Source: an uncultured Planctomycetia bacterium (GTDB taxonomy: Bacteria; Omnitrophota; Gorgyraeia; Duberdicusellales; 4484-171). Taken from it: a stretch of DNA of 64,000 nt. Below, in pieces: positions 48,780 through 57,295 of the stretch; position 1 is the stretch's first letter, and each line of letters starts with the position of its first letter. The notes under the pieces are model-generated. The model did no database searches. It was not told where the DNA came from and was given only the letters and a program-made list of their open reading frames with translations. Position numbers and translations under genes: made by a program. The stretch is taken from NCBI GenBank assembly GCA_964629655.1, contig CAZVQU010000002.1, positions 76,643-140,642 of the forward strand, written 5' to 3'.

Positions 48780-49310
48780 ATGCTCGAGATCCACTTGCCC
48801 TTGCCGGTAAAATTTATCTGCGGTTTTATCTACACGACTGAAAAAGTCTATCAGGAAGCAAAAAAAGTTTTGGAAAGAAAATTCGGTTCGATAGACTTTG
48901 AGAGTGAGAGGATTGACTTTGATTTTACTGAATACTACTATCCGGAAATGGGTAAGCCTCTTAGCAGGCGTTTTATATCTTTTAAGAAACTGCGCAAGCC
49001 TGAGCAATTTGTAAAGATTAAACTTGATTGTATAAAACTGGAGAAAAAGTTTGCCCTTGGCTTGCACCGACAAATAAATATTGACCCCGGCTATATTAAC
49101 GAAGCTAAGCTGATTTTAACTACTACTAAAGACTTTGCTCATCGGATCTATCTTGGTAAAGGAATTTATGCTGAGCTGACTCTTTCTTATGTGAACGATC
49201 ACTTCTCTGAAGTACCGACAACCTTCCCCGATTACCGGACCTCACAATACAAAGAGATCTTCTCCCAGATCAGAAGAATATACCGTCAACAGATACAGGT
49301 AAATAAGTAA
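48780..49310 (+). CDS. DUF4416-like hypothetical protein
   Basis: PVKFICGFIY N-terminus. Confidence 0.35.
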   Translation: MLEIHLPLPVKFICGFIYTTEKVYQEAKKVLERKFGSIDFESERIDFDFTEYYYPEMGKPLSRRFISFKKLRKPEQFVKIKLDCIKLEKKFALGLHRQINIDPGYINEAKLILTTTKDFAHRIYLGKGIYAELTLSYVNDHFSEVPTTFPDYRTSQYKEIFSQIRRIYRQQIQVNK

Positions 49311-49343
49311 TTAGATAACTTGGTAAGCTTTAAAGAATACGCC

Positions 49344-49727
49344 TTATATATGTAGCAGATTTTTTATAGCTGTTATCACTTCTTGGCTCTGGACAGTTTT
49401 AGCAATAAAATTGTTACCGCCTATCTCGCTAACTACCTTGGCTCCCAGCTCTTTTCGGGTAACTACTGCCGTAAGAAATATTATCGGGATTCTTCTGGTA
49501 TCAGGGTCGTTTAAGAGAATACTGGCCACATCTGTACCTGAAACCCCTGGCAAAACAATGTCGAGAAGAATCAAATCCGGGCGTTCTTTCCTGGCTAGGT
49601 CAATTCCCTCCTGGCCATCGTGAGCAACTATTACCGAGAATTCACCACTAGCTTCAAGATTGCGCGCCATGAAATAACAATAATCTTCTTCATCGTCAAC
49701 CAACAAGATTCGTCTCTTCTCAGGCAT
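49344..49727 (-). CDS. Stand-alone response regulator receiver (CheY-like)
   Basis: ILLVDDE, phospho-Asp region LILLDIVLPG, and a conserved T/K. Confidence 0.8.
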   Translation of the reverse strand: MPEKRRILLVDDEEDYCYFMARNLEASGEFSVIVAHDGQEGIDLARKERPDLILLDIVLPGVSGTDVASILLNDPDTRRIPIIFLTAVVTRKELGAKVVSEIGGNNFIAKTVQSQEVITAIKNLLHI

Positions 49728-49811
49728 TTTTCATCCCTCCATTTGTAACTCTCTACATATCTATTATAGTATGATATAATAGCTGCTGGCAACTAAAATA
49801 ATTAATTTTTT

Positions 49812-50750
49812 ATGGTTACAGATTTAGAAAAAAAAGCTGCATTAGCTAAAACCTCTGCCAACTGCTTAGAAAAACGCTTAGAAAGTTGTGATATCTGCCC
49901 TCGAGACTGCAAGGTAAACCGTCTAAGGGGTGAAACAGGTTACTGCGGAACTGATCAAGACATGGTGGTTTACAGCGCTTTCTTACACCACGGAGAAGAA
50001 CCGGGAATAAGCGGACAAAAAGGGAGCGGTACTATATTCTTCTCTGGCTGTAACCTCAAGTGCATCTATTGCCAGAATTATAAATTCTCCCACACTGTAG
50101 TGGGCAAGAAAGTTTCGGTAATTGATTTAGCTAAAATTATGCTCGACCTTCAGGAGCAGGGAGCTCACAATATAAATCTAGTAACTCCTACGCATTTCCT
50201 GCCACAAATTTTAAATACCTTGGCTTTAGCATTTAAAGGCGGCCTTAGTATTCCGATTGTCTATAATACTTCGGGGTATGAGAAAGAAGAGACCGTTAAG
50301 TATCTTGAAGGAATAGTAGACATCTACTTAACCGACCTTAAATATATGGAGATTTCACTGGCAAAACTATATTCTAAGGCCTCAGGATACCCTGAATTTG
50401 CCTCTAGAAGCCTCCTGGAAATGGATAGGCAGGTTGAACCCCTAACCAGCAAAAATTTGCTAAAAAAAGGGGTAGTTATCAGACACCTTGTGCTTCCTAA
50501 TCACGTCAATCAATCAAAAAAACTGCTATCCTGGATAAAAGGAAATACTCCTAGGGTTTTAGTAAGCGTGATGTTTCAATACCAACCTTACTATAGAGCT
50601 TATCTTCATCCTCAGATAAACCGGTCAATAAATTACCAGGAATACCTTGAAATTAAGAATTTTGTCGAGGAATTGAGGCTTGGAGGCTGGGTCCAAGAAC
50701 ATACCCCCGAAGAGGATTTAGCCGGACCTTATTTTGAACCAAATATCTAA
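49812..50750 (+). CDS. AmmeMemoRadiSam-system radical SAM enzyme (AmrS-like)
   Basis: CNLKCIYCQN CxxxCxxC. N-terminal CDICPRDC...GETGYCG. Confidence 0.7.
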   Translation: MVTDLEKKAALAKTSANCLEKRLESCDICPRDCKVNRLRGETGYCGTDQDMVVYSAFLHHGEEPGISGQKGSGTIFFSGCNLKCIYCQNYKFSHTVVGKKVSVIDLAKIMLDLQEQGAHNINLVTPTHFLPQILNTLALAFKGGLSIPIVYNTSGYEKEETVKYLEGIVDIYLTDLKYMEISLAKLYSKASGYPEFASRSLLEMDRQVEPLTSKNLLKKGVVIRHLVLPNHVNQSKKLLSWIKGNTPRVLVSVMFQYQPYYRAYLHPQINRSINYQEYLEIKNFVEELRLGGWVQEHTPEEDLAGPYFEPNI

Positions 50751-50817
50751 AATTGTGGTATAATTGCTTACCTGTTAAGTGACTAGTGACTACTTAGATA
50801 AAAGGAGGAAGGCTGAG

Positions 50818-51513
50818 ATGAAAAAAGCAATAGTTTTCTTGGTTATAAGTTGTTTTTACCTTTCAATAACTGTTTTAGCCGAAAGTGATCTCTCACGGGT
50901 AGGTAAAAAATTTAGATCTTTTACTAAAGAATCTCGAAAAGGGATTGCCGAACTTTCTGAGGAAGAGTTCGAAGCCTTGGTAGATGATGTTATCGAGATA
51001 TCCCTGAAAGAGTTTGAGAGAGACTTTGGTGATCTTCCTAATTACACGCCGGTCTCCCAAGAAGAAAAAGAAGCCGGAAAACAAGAAGTCATGAAGCTGA
51101 TCAGGGCCAATCCTGAACTGTTAGAAGAATCAAGAGATGAAACCGGAGAAATTACTGCTAAAAATTTAGTTGAAACACTGAATAATTATAGCAAAAAAGA
51201 AACAAAGGAGACCTATCTTATCGTAGCCCAGGGCAATATAGCAATGCTAGAAACATCTTTAGCTTTATACGAACTTGATAATGGGTTTTACCCTAGCACT
51301 AGCCAGGGCTTACTGGCATTACTTGAGAAACCAACATCAGGACCAACACCAACCGCCTGGAACGGTCCTTATCTGCCTAAGATGATTGAAGACCCTTGGG
51401 AAAATTCTTATCACTATGTTTACCCCGGTATTCACAATAAAGACAAATTTGATATCTCATCCTACGGTCCGGATGAGGTTGAAAGCGACGACGACATTAA
51501 CAACTGGGACTAA
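50818..51513 (+). CDS. Sec-signal-peptide protein with C-terminal GspG (T2SS major pseudopilin) globular domain
   Basis: LYELDNGFYPSTSQGL ... DPWENSYHYVYPG ... SYGPDEVESDDDINNW matches the GspG C-domain. There is no GFTLIE prepilin motif. AAGGAGG RBS. Confidence 0.55.
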   Translation: MKKAIVFLVISCFYLSITVLAESDLSRVGKKFRSFTKESRKGIAELSEEEFEALVDDVIEISLKEFERDFGDLPNYTPVSQEEKEAGKQEVMKLIRANPELLEESRDETGEITAKNLVETLNNYSKKETKETYLIVAQGNIAMLETSLALYELDNGFYPSTSQGLLALLEKPTSGPTPTAWNGPYLPKMIEDPWENSYHYVYPGIHNKDKFDISSYGPDEVESDDDINNWD

Positions 51514-51642
51514 AAATAAATTTAGCTAATGCCTCGAGAAAGAATAACTAGAAGGCAGAAAAATATATCCCGGTTGCTACGGGAAAAGAAGCAGGCTCAC
51601 AAAGGTAAATTAAAGGCCTTGAAGAAAAAGTAGGAGGTGGCT

Positions 51643-51774
51643 ATGAGCTGGAAGATGTTTTTGCAAATCGTGCTGTTGATCGTTATTGCTGCGGTAGTAA
51701 TGCTAGGATCAAAATGCGCTCTTTATAAGGGCGGGCTTAAGTGCTATAAGAGCACAATGCATATGAAGCGGTAG
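51643..51774 (+). CDS. 43-aa small membrane protein (putative)
   Basis: TAGGAGGTGG RBS 5 nt upstream and a single TM helix. Confidence 0.35.
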   Translation: MSWKMFLQIVLLIVIAAVVMLGSKCALYKGGLKCYKSTMHMKR

Positions 51775-51845
51775 GTAAAGGTAGCTGAGAATTACTATCC
51801 TAAATAATCGGGCTCGGAGGAGAAAGGAATTAAGATTGGTTTGCC

Positions 51846-52124
51846 CTAGCGAGTCTTTTTAGTGAAAAATCCCACTTTCTTCTCTTTTTCCGGGCCTTTT
51901 ATAATTATATGATGGATATTGCAAGTAGGGATAATGGCCAGGTCTTCTTCGCCTAAGTTCACATCTATTATTATTAAAGGTTCAAAATTAACTACATTCG
52001 GTTCAATAATCTTATAAATTGAGTTAGTTTCGTAAGATTTACCATCGTTAAGGTAGATAACAGCTGTATTGCTTTTATTTTTCTTTAAAAATTCTTCAGT
52101 GGTCTTTATGGCAATGATATCCAT
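51846..52124 (-). CDS. Hypothetical protein
   Basis: 92-aa ORF with GGAGG-like RBS. No recognisable motif. Confidence 0.35.
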   Translation of the reverse strand: MDIIAIKTTEEFLKKNKSNTAVIYLNDGKSYETNSIYKIIEPNVVNFEPLIIIDVNLGEEDLAIIPTCNIHHIIIKGPEKEKKVGFFTKKTR

Positions 52125-52267
52125 AGTTTACCTCCTTATATATATTCTAAAGGGAAATACTCAGGTGTCAATTTCATTCTTAATATAGCCCTTATTTTTT
52201 GTTAATATTTTTCTTGAAAAAGGGGGCAATAAACTGTAAATTAGTATAGTAAATCCAAAGGAGCAAT

Positions 52268-53773
52268 ATGAAAATTTACCTAGCTGGTTTTAATGTCGAC
52301 ACCGAAGTATTACGGCAATTAGAAGAAGCGGGCGGAAAACGCACCGATATAACCCCTGAAGTTCTTTCAGCTGCTTATGCCCGAATAAGCCGGGACCCTC
52401 GGCCAATAAATGAGATCAGAAAGACTTCCCGGGAAGAAGTAGATAAATCCCGTAAATCTAACTCTGCTATTATCTTTAAAATGGGGCACCATTCAGTTGC
52501 TGAACATGCTGTATTTAATCTAGATATACTCGGGGTCTCAAGGTATGTGATGGAGGAAGTAGAAAAATTCAGGCTTTGCGCTTATACTGAAAAATCCCAA
52601 CGTTATATCACCCTTGATAAGGATCACGTCATCCCTGATGAGATAAAAGGCTCCTCGCTTGAGAAAACTTTTCTAGATATGATTCAGGAGCAGAATGAAA
52701 TGTATTTTACTCTCCTTGAGAAGCTGAAAAAGCATGTCTTTAATAAAAATCCTGAACTGGCAAAAGATCCTAAGAAACACAACCTCTTAGAAGGCTGGGC
52801 CAAAGAGGATGCCCGATATATTGTAGCCCTAGCTACTGAAACCCAGGTCGGCCAAACTATTAACGCCCGCAATGCTGAACTGTTGCTACGAAGATTTGCA
52901 TCACACCCATTATCCGAAGTTAAGAAGTTAGGACGGGCAATATATGAGCAAATTTCCAGTATTGCTCCTTCGATTGTAATTTTTCATGAGGTCAATGACC
53001 GCGATAGCAAGACCTATCCTGAATTGAAAAAACTTAGTGATAGAATTTTAGATGATGCTTGCAACCATAAAGAAAAAGAGGACGTAGAGTTGGTTGAGCA
53101 CACTCAAGATGCTGATAATATTATCGCTGCTTCCCTGCTCCACGCCTCATCAGGCCTTTCCTTTGAGAAGTGCAAGAATAAAGTAAAAAGCCTTGGTGAA
53201 AGGGAAAAGTTGGAGATTTTTAAAACATCTTGGCGAAATATGCAGCTTTATGATTCGATGCTAAGAGAATTTGAATATGTGAATTTGACCTTTAATATTA
53301 TTCTTTCATCTGCCTGCTTTGGCCAGCTTAAAAGGCACCGGATGTCAACAATCACTTCTCAAGCCTATGACCCCAGCCTGGGAATTACCATTCCTGAATC
53401 AATTAAAGAAATTGGCATGGAGGATGAGTTTAACAGGGTTGTTGATAAGACTAATCGGGTATATAATCAAATAAATAAAGAAATCCCTTTAGCAGCTCCT
53501 TATGTACTGACCAATGCCCATAAAAGGAGGGTATTAATACGAGTAAATGCTAGAGAGCTCTACCATATTTCACGACTAAGGGAAGATGCTCACGCCCAAT
53601 GGGATATTCAGAATATTTCAAGAGTTATGGCTAGTAAGGCAAAAAAAGTAATGCCTCTTACCTTTGCGCTCATCGGTGGTAAAGATAAGTATAGCCAAAT
53701 CTATGCAAAGCTTTACGGAGAACTTCCCAAGGTAACCCAAGTGGCTTTACCGGGAGCAAGGAAGATAGGCTAG
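52268..53773 (+). CDS. thyX: FAD-dependent thymidylate synthase ThyX, tandem-domain form
   Basis: C-terminal half carries the ThyX signature RHRMSTITS. The N-terminal half is a degenerate ThyX-like repeat. Confidence 0.7.
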   Translation: MKIYLAGFNVDTEVLRQLEEAGGKRTDITPEVLSAAYARISRDPRPINEIRKTSREEVDKSRKSNSAIIFKMGHHSVAEHAVFNLDILGVSRYVMEEVEKFRLCAYTEKSQRYITLDKDHVIPDEIKGSSLEKTFLDMIQEQNEMYFTLLEKLKKHVFNKNPELAKDPKKHNLLEGWAKEDARYIVALATETQVGQTINARNAELLLRRFASHPLSEVKKLGRAIYEQISSIAPSIVIFHEVNDRDSKTYPELKKLSDRILDDACNHKEKEDVELVEHTQDADNIIAASLLHASSGLSFEKCKNKVKSLGEREKLEIFKTSWRNMQLYDSMLREFEYVNLTFNIILSSACFGQLKRHRMSTITSQAYDPSLGITIPESIKEIGMEDEFNRVVDKTNRVYNQINKEIPLAAPYVLTNAHKRRVLIRVNARELYHISRLREDAHAQWDIQNISRVMASKAKKVMPLTFALIGGKDKYSQIYAKLYGELPKVTQVALPGARKIG

Positions 53774-53813
53774 GAGAAAACATTCCAGGTGAAGTCTAGC
53801 TTTAAACCAGGAG

Positions 53814-54278
53814 GTGGACATGAAAGATATAAAAGAAATTCTAAAAGAACACTCATTTTTTAAAGACTTAAAGCCAGAGTATCTTGATTTTATCGCTGGC
53901 TGCGCGTCTAATGTAGTATTCAGAGAGGGCGAGACGATTCTTAAGGAAGGCGAGGATGCGAATAAATTTTGTCTTATCCGGCATGGTAAGATAGCAATCG
54001 ATATCCCCTTAAGTAAAGAGAGAGGAATTACCATCCAAACAATTAAAGACGGTGATATCCTTGGTTGGTCCTGGCTTATACCTCCGCATAATTACCGTTT
54101 CAATGCCAGAGCAGTTACAGAAACCCGGGCAATCTCCTTTGACGGAAAGTGCTTAAGAGAAAAATGTGAGAGTAAGCCTGACCTAGGCTACGAACTGCTT
54201 AAAAGATTGGCTGCGGTTTTTATTAGCCGGCTTGAGATGACCCGGATGCAAGTTATTAATAGCCAAGGCAGAAAATAA
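53814..54278 (+). CDS. Cyclic-nucleotide-binding-domain protein (no DNA-binding domain)
   Basis: cNMP-binding pattern GETILKEGEDANKFCLIRHGKIAI...TETRAISF. Confidence 0.65.
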   Translation: MDMKDIKEILKEHSFFKDLKPEYLDFIAGCASNVVFREGETILKEGEDANKFCLIRHGKIAIDIPLSKERGITIQTIKDGDILGWSWLIPPHNYRFNARAVTETRAISFDGKCLREKCESKPDLGYELLKRLAAVFISRLEMTRMQVINSQGRK

Positions 54279-54334
54279 ACAGGAGGTTTTCGATTTTGAA
54301 AAATATTAAAGTGGGGAATAAAAAGGGAGGTAGC

Positions 54335-54694
54335 ATGAAGAAACCGAGCACAGAATTTATAATTGGCGCAATTGTGTTCACTTTAATCGCCATAGGATCT
54401 TTCGGGGTATACCTATCGCTGCTGGAACAAACACAAAAGCTCACTAACCTTGAAGATAAAACTCAACTTATTTTTGATAGCCAAATAAAAATATATGATA
54501 GGGTAGCGAAACTTATCGAGGTAAAAGCTGTGAATCGGGGAGAAATCCAAAGCTGGAAAGAAAAGTACAATGCCTTTTTAAACAGCATAAAAAAAGGCAT
54601 AGACACTCTCACAGAAGTCGATTCGGAAAATATTAAAGCAGAAAAGAAGGGTAAAAAGAAAGATAAGAAGAAAGGTAGGAAGAAAGCTAAATAG
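54335..54694 (+). CDS. Membrane protein with Lys-rich tail
   Basis: GGGAGG RBS and one TM helix. Confidence 0.4.
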   Translation: MKKPSTEFIIGAIVFTLIAIGSFGVYLSLLEQTQKLTNLEDKTQLIFDSQIKIYDRVAKLIEVKAVNRGEIQSWKEKYNAFLNSIKKGIDTLTEVDSENIKAEKKGKKKDKKKGRKKAK

Positions 54695-54760
54695 TAAGAG
54701 TAATAGTAGCCTAATTAAAGGGTATTGCGTAAGTAATAAAAACTGATTACGGTATCGGAT

Positions 54761-55342
54761 ATGGAGTTATTTAGCAAATTTAAAAGCCTGTTTGTCCCCA
54801 GGGAAGAGGAGAAATCCCGTCGCAAAACCACAAAAAAGATTAAAAGAAAGACCACGAGAACTAAGAAAAAACTTAAAAAGAAACCAAAAGTTAAGGTCAA
54901 AAAGAAGGTTTTAAAGAAGAAGAAAAAAATATTAAAAAAGAGAAAAAAAGTAGTAAAAAAGAGAAAGAAGATAAAGAAGGTCAAGAAAAAGGTAGTAAAA
55001 AAGAAAGTAAGCCTCAAGGTTAAGAAAAAACCTTCCAATAAGCGCCAGCCCACAAAGATCAAAAAGAAATCAGCTGCAGCTTTAAAGAAGTTGTTTAAGG
55101 AAGAGGAAATCGGTATCATAACCCATTATTTTGGAAAAATATCCGTAGGAATCATTAAGCTTAGATCCACCCTTAGGGTCGGGGAAAGAATCCACATAAA
55201 GGGCGCACACGATAATTTTACCCAGACAGTTAAATCAATGCAAATTAACCATAACGATGTTCCAATGGCCGGAAGAGGCGATGAAATCGGCATCAAAGTC
55301 CCTGCCCCGGTACATGAAAACGATCGGGTGTATAGAGTATAA
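54761..55342 (+). CDS. Histone-H1-like poly-Lys domain fused to a beta-barrel domain resembling translation-factor domain 2
   Basis: ~100 residues of K/R-rich low complexity, then IGIITHYFGKISVGIIKL...GERIHIKG...DEIGIKV. Confidence 0.45.
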   Translation: MELFSKFKSLFVPREEEKSRRKTTKKIKRKTTRTKKKLKKKPKVKVKKKVLKKKKKILKKRKKVVKKRKKIKKVKKKVVKKKVSLKVKKKPSNKRQPTKIKKKSAAALKKLFKEEEIGIITHYFGKISVGIIKLRSTLRVGERIHIKGAHDNFTQTVKSMQINHNDVPMAGRGDEIGIKVPAPVHENDRVYRV

Positions 55343-55427
55343 TACCGGTTGAGATCTAATCTCAACCAGATGGAATGAAAGTGAAATGATTACTATCGTT
55401 TCCTGCTCAACGATTTGCTAAGCTAAT

Positions 55428-57158
55428 ATGAAAAGGAAATTGATTTGGGTTTTGGCCTTGGGCCTGCTTGTTATAAGCACTTTTTGTGTTTATCAATTAT
55501 GCTACAGTAATACATCTTCCCGCGAATATGAAGATCTACACGTTAATGACGACCTCAGTTATGGTGATTCACCACTCGAGCAACTCCTAGCCAGCAGCAA
55601 AAGAGATAACTCACACTACGTTACCATACTTAACAACGGTGACGATGCTTTGCTGGCCAGAATACATCTTATCCGTAAAGCACAAAAATCAATCCTTATC
55701 CAAACATTCATCTGGGGTAGTGACGAGACTAGCCGTTTTGTAGCCTATGAATTAATTCAGGCCGCAAAAAGGGGAGTCAAAATCAAGCTCATCCTTGATT
55801 ATTTAATATCATCCAAAGATTTTGAGTTAATTACCTCCTTAACTGCTGCTCATCCTAATCTTGAAATTAAATTATACAATCCGATTTCAAAAAACATTGT
55901 CCCTTCAAAACTAGCGATGCTTAAAAAAGCCTTCCTTAATTTTAGAGGCTTTAACCAGAGAATGCATAATAAGATATTTATAGTTGACGATCGAATAGCT
56001 ATTACCGGCGGCCGGAATTATCAAAACGACTATTACGACAGAGGAATAACCAGAAATTTTAAAGACTACGATGTAGCAGTTACCGGTAAGCTAGTTAAAG
56101 AAATGACCGATTCATTTATCGAGTATTGGATACATCCTTTATCTGTACCAAGTGGAGATATGAAAGATGTCCAGCGTTTAATCCGGACTAACAAATATAA
56201 AAAATATTCCTCAAGAGAGGCTTGTGTGCTTTCGGACTTGTTCACAGAACTAGAAGCTTGCGAGGCAGATACAAGTTGTATCGCAAAAAGAATCTATGAT
56301 ATTAGCTACATGGTTAAAAAAATCAGATTTATCGCTGATAAGCCTGGCAAGATTGGGCAAGTTGGAAAGGATAAAGTCACAAAAACGACTTATGAACTTG
56401 GTAATTTTTTCCAACAAGCCCAAAGGTCCCTGGTTATACAAACACCTTACGTTGTTATCGGAGAGAGGAATACTAGGTATTTTAAAAAATTAGCCAGAGA
56501 TAAACCAGATCTAAAAGTTTTAATATCCAGTAATAGTTTATCCTCGGCTGATCATATACACGCTTATGCTTTTTCTTATAAGAATAAAAAGAAATATCTC
56601 AAGACCTTTCGCTGGCAAATGTTTGAGCTAAAACTTCGACCGAAAGATGTTGATCTACTGATTACACCAATCAATAAGGAAAAACGATCCCGGGATTATA
56701 TTACCTGCCTTCATTCTAAGGTTTATGTTGTTGATAGTGAAAAGGTCTGGATCGGCTCATTCAACCTTGATCCCCGTTCAGCTAATTTAAATACTGAAGT
56801 TGGCGTGATTATTGACGATAAAACAGTAGCTATAGCCATTGAAGGAGATATACGACGTGACATGGCCACTCAAAACAGCTGGACGATTGCCAAACGCAAG
56901 CAACCGCCGGTAATATCACACTTTAGCGGATTATTATCTAGTATTATGGAGTTAGTTCCGATTGTTGATATATGGCCATTTACTTACTCGGGAAGCTTTG
57001 AATTAAAACCGGGGAGAACTGCTATGTCGTTTTTTAATAAAGGTTTTTATAGCAATTACCGGTATGCCGGGCCATTTCCCGATGTCCAATTAACCGAAAA
57101 AGAAATTAAAGCCCGGCTAATAAAGACATTCTTGGGGCCGATACAGCCGTTATTATGA
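55428..57158 (+). CDS. Phospholipase D family protein (two HKD motifs)
   Basis: HNKIFIVDDRIAITGGRN and HSKVYVVDSEKVWIGSFNLDPRS. Confidence 0.8.
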   Translation: MKRKLIWVLALGLLVISTFCVYQLCYSNTSSREYEDLHVNDDLSYGDSPLEQLLASSKRDNSHYVTILNNGDDALLARIHLIRKAQKSILIQTFIWGSDETSRFVAYELIQAAKRGVKIKLILDYLISSKDFELITSLTAAHPNLEIKLYNPISKNIVPSKLAMLKKAFLNFRGFNQRMHNKIFIVDDRIAITGGRNYQNDYYDRGITRNFKDYDVAVTGKLVKEMTDSFIEYWIHPLSVPSGDMKDVQRLIRTNKYKKYSSREACVLSDLFTELEACEADTSCIAKRIYDISYMVKKIRFIADKPGKIGQVGKDKVTKTTYELGNFFQQAQRSLVIQTPYVVIGERNTRYFKKLARDKPDLKVLISSNSLSSADHIHAYAFSYKNKKKYLKTFRWQMFELKLRPKDVDLLITPINKEKRSRDYITCLHSKVYVVDSEKVWIGSFNLDPRSANLNTEVGVIIDDKTVAIAIEGDIRRDMATQNSWTIAKRKQPPVISHFSGLLSSIMELVPIVDIWPFTYSGSFELKPGRTAMSFFNKGFYSNYRYAGPFPDVQLTEKEIKARLIKTFLGPIQPLL

Positions 57159-57295
57159 GTGTAGGCCTGGATAGGACGTCCGCAAAGGATGCTCTTTTCT
57201 GATAAAACAATTACCCATTAACAACATATTGGTGTATAATTAGCAAAGACGGGGAATCGTTCCCTGGTAATTTTTTTGCTAAATTAACCAAAAAA

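Noticed and set aside
54830-55060. Highly repetitive AAG/AAA region considered as a possible CRISPR-like or tandem repeat array
   Set aside because: It has no repeat-spacer periodicity. It is in-frame coding low complexity within a gene that has a conserved C-terminal domain.
54715-55119. 134-aa minus-strand ORF rich in Phe/Leu
   Set aside because: It is the reverse complement of the AAG/AAA poly-Lys tract of the plus-strand gene, so it is an artefactual poly-Phe reading.
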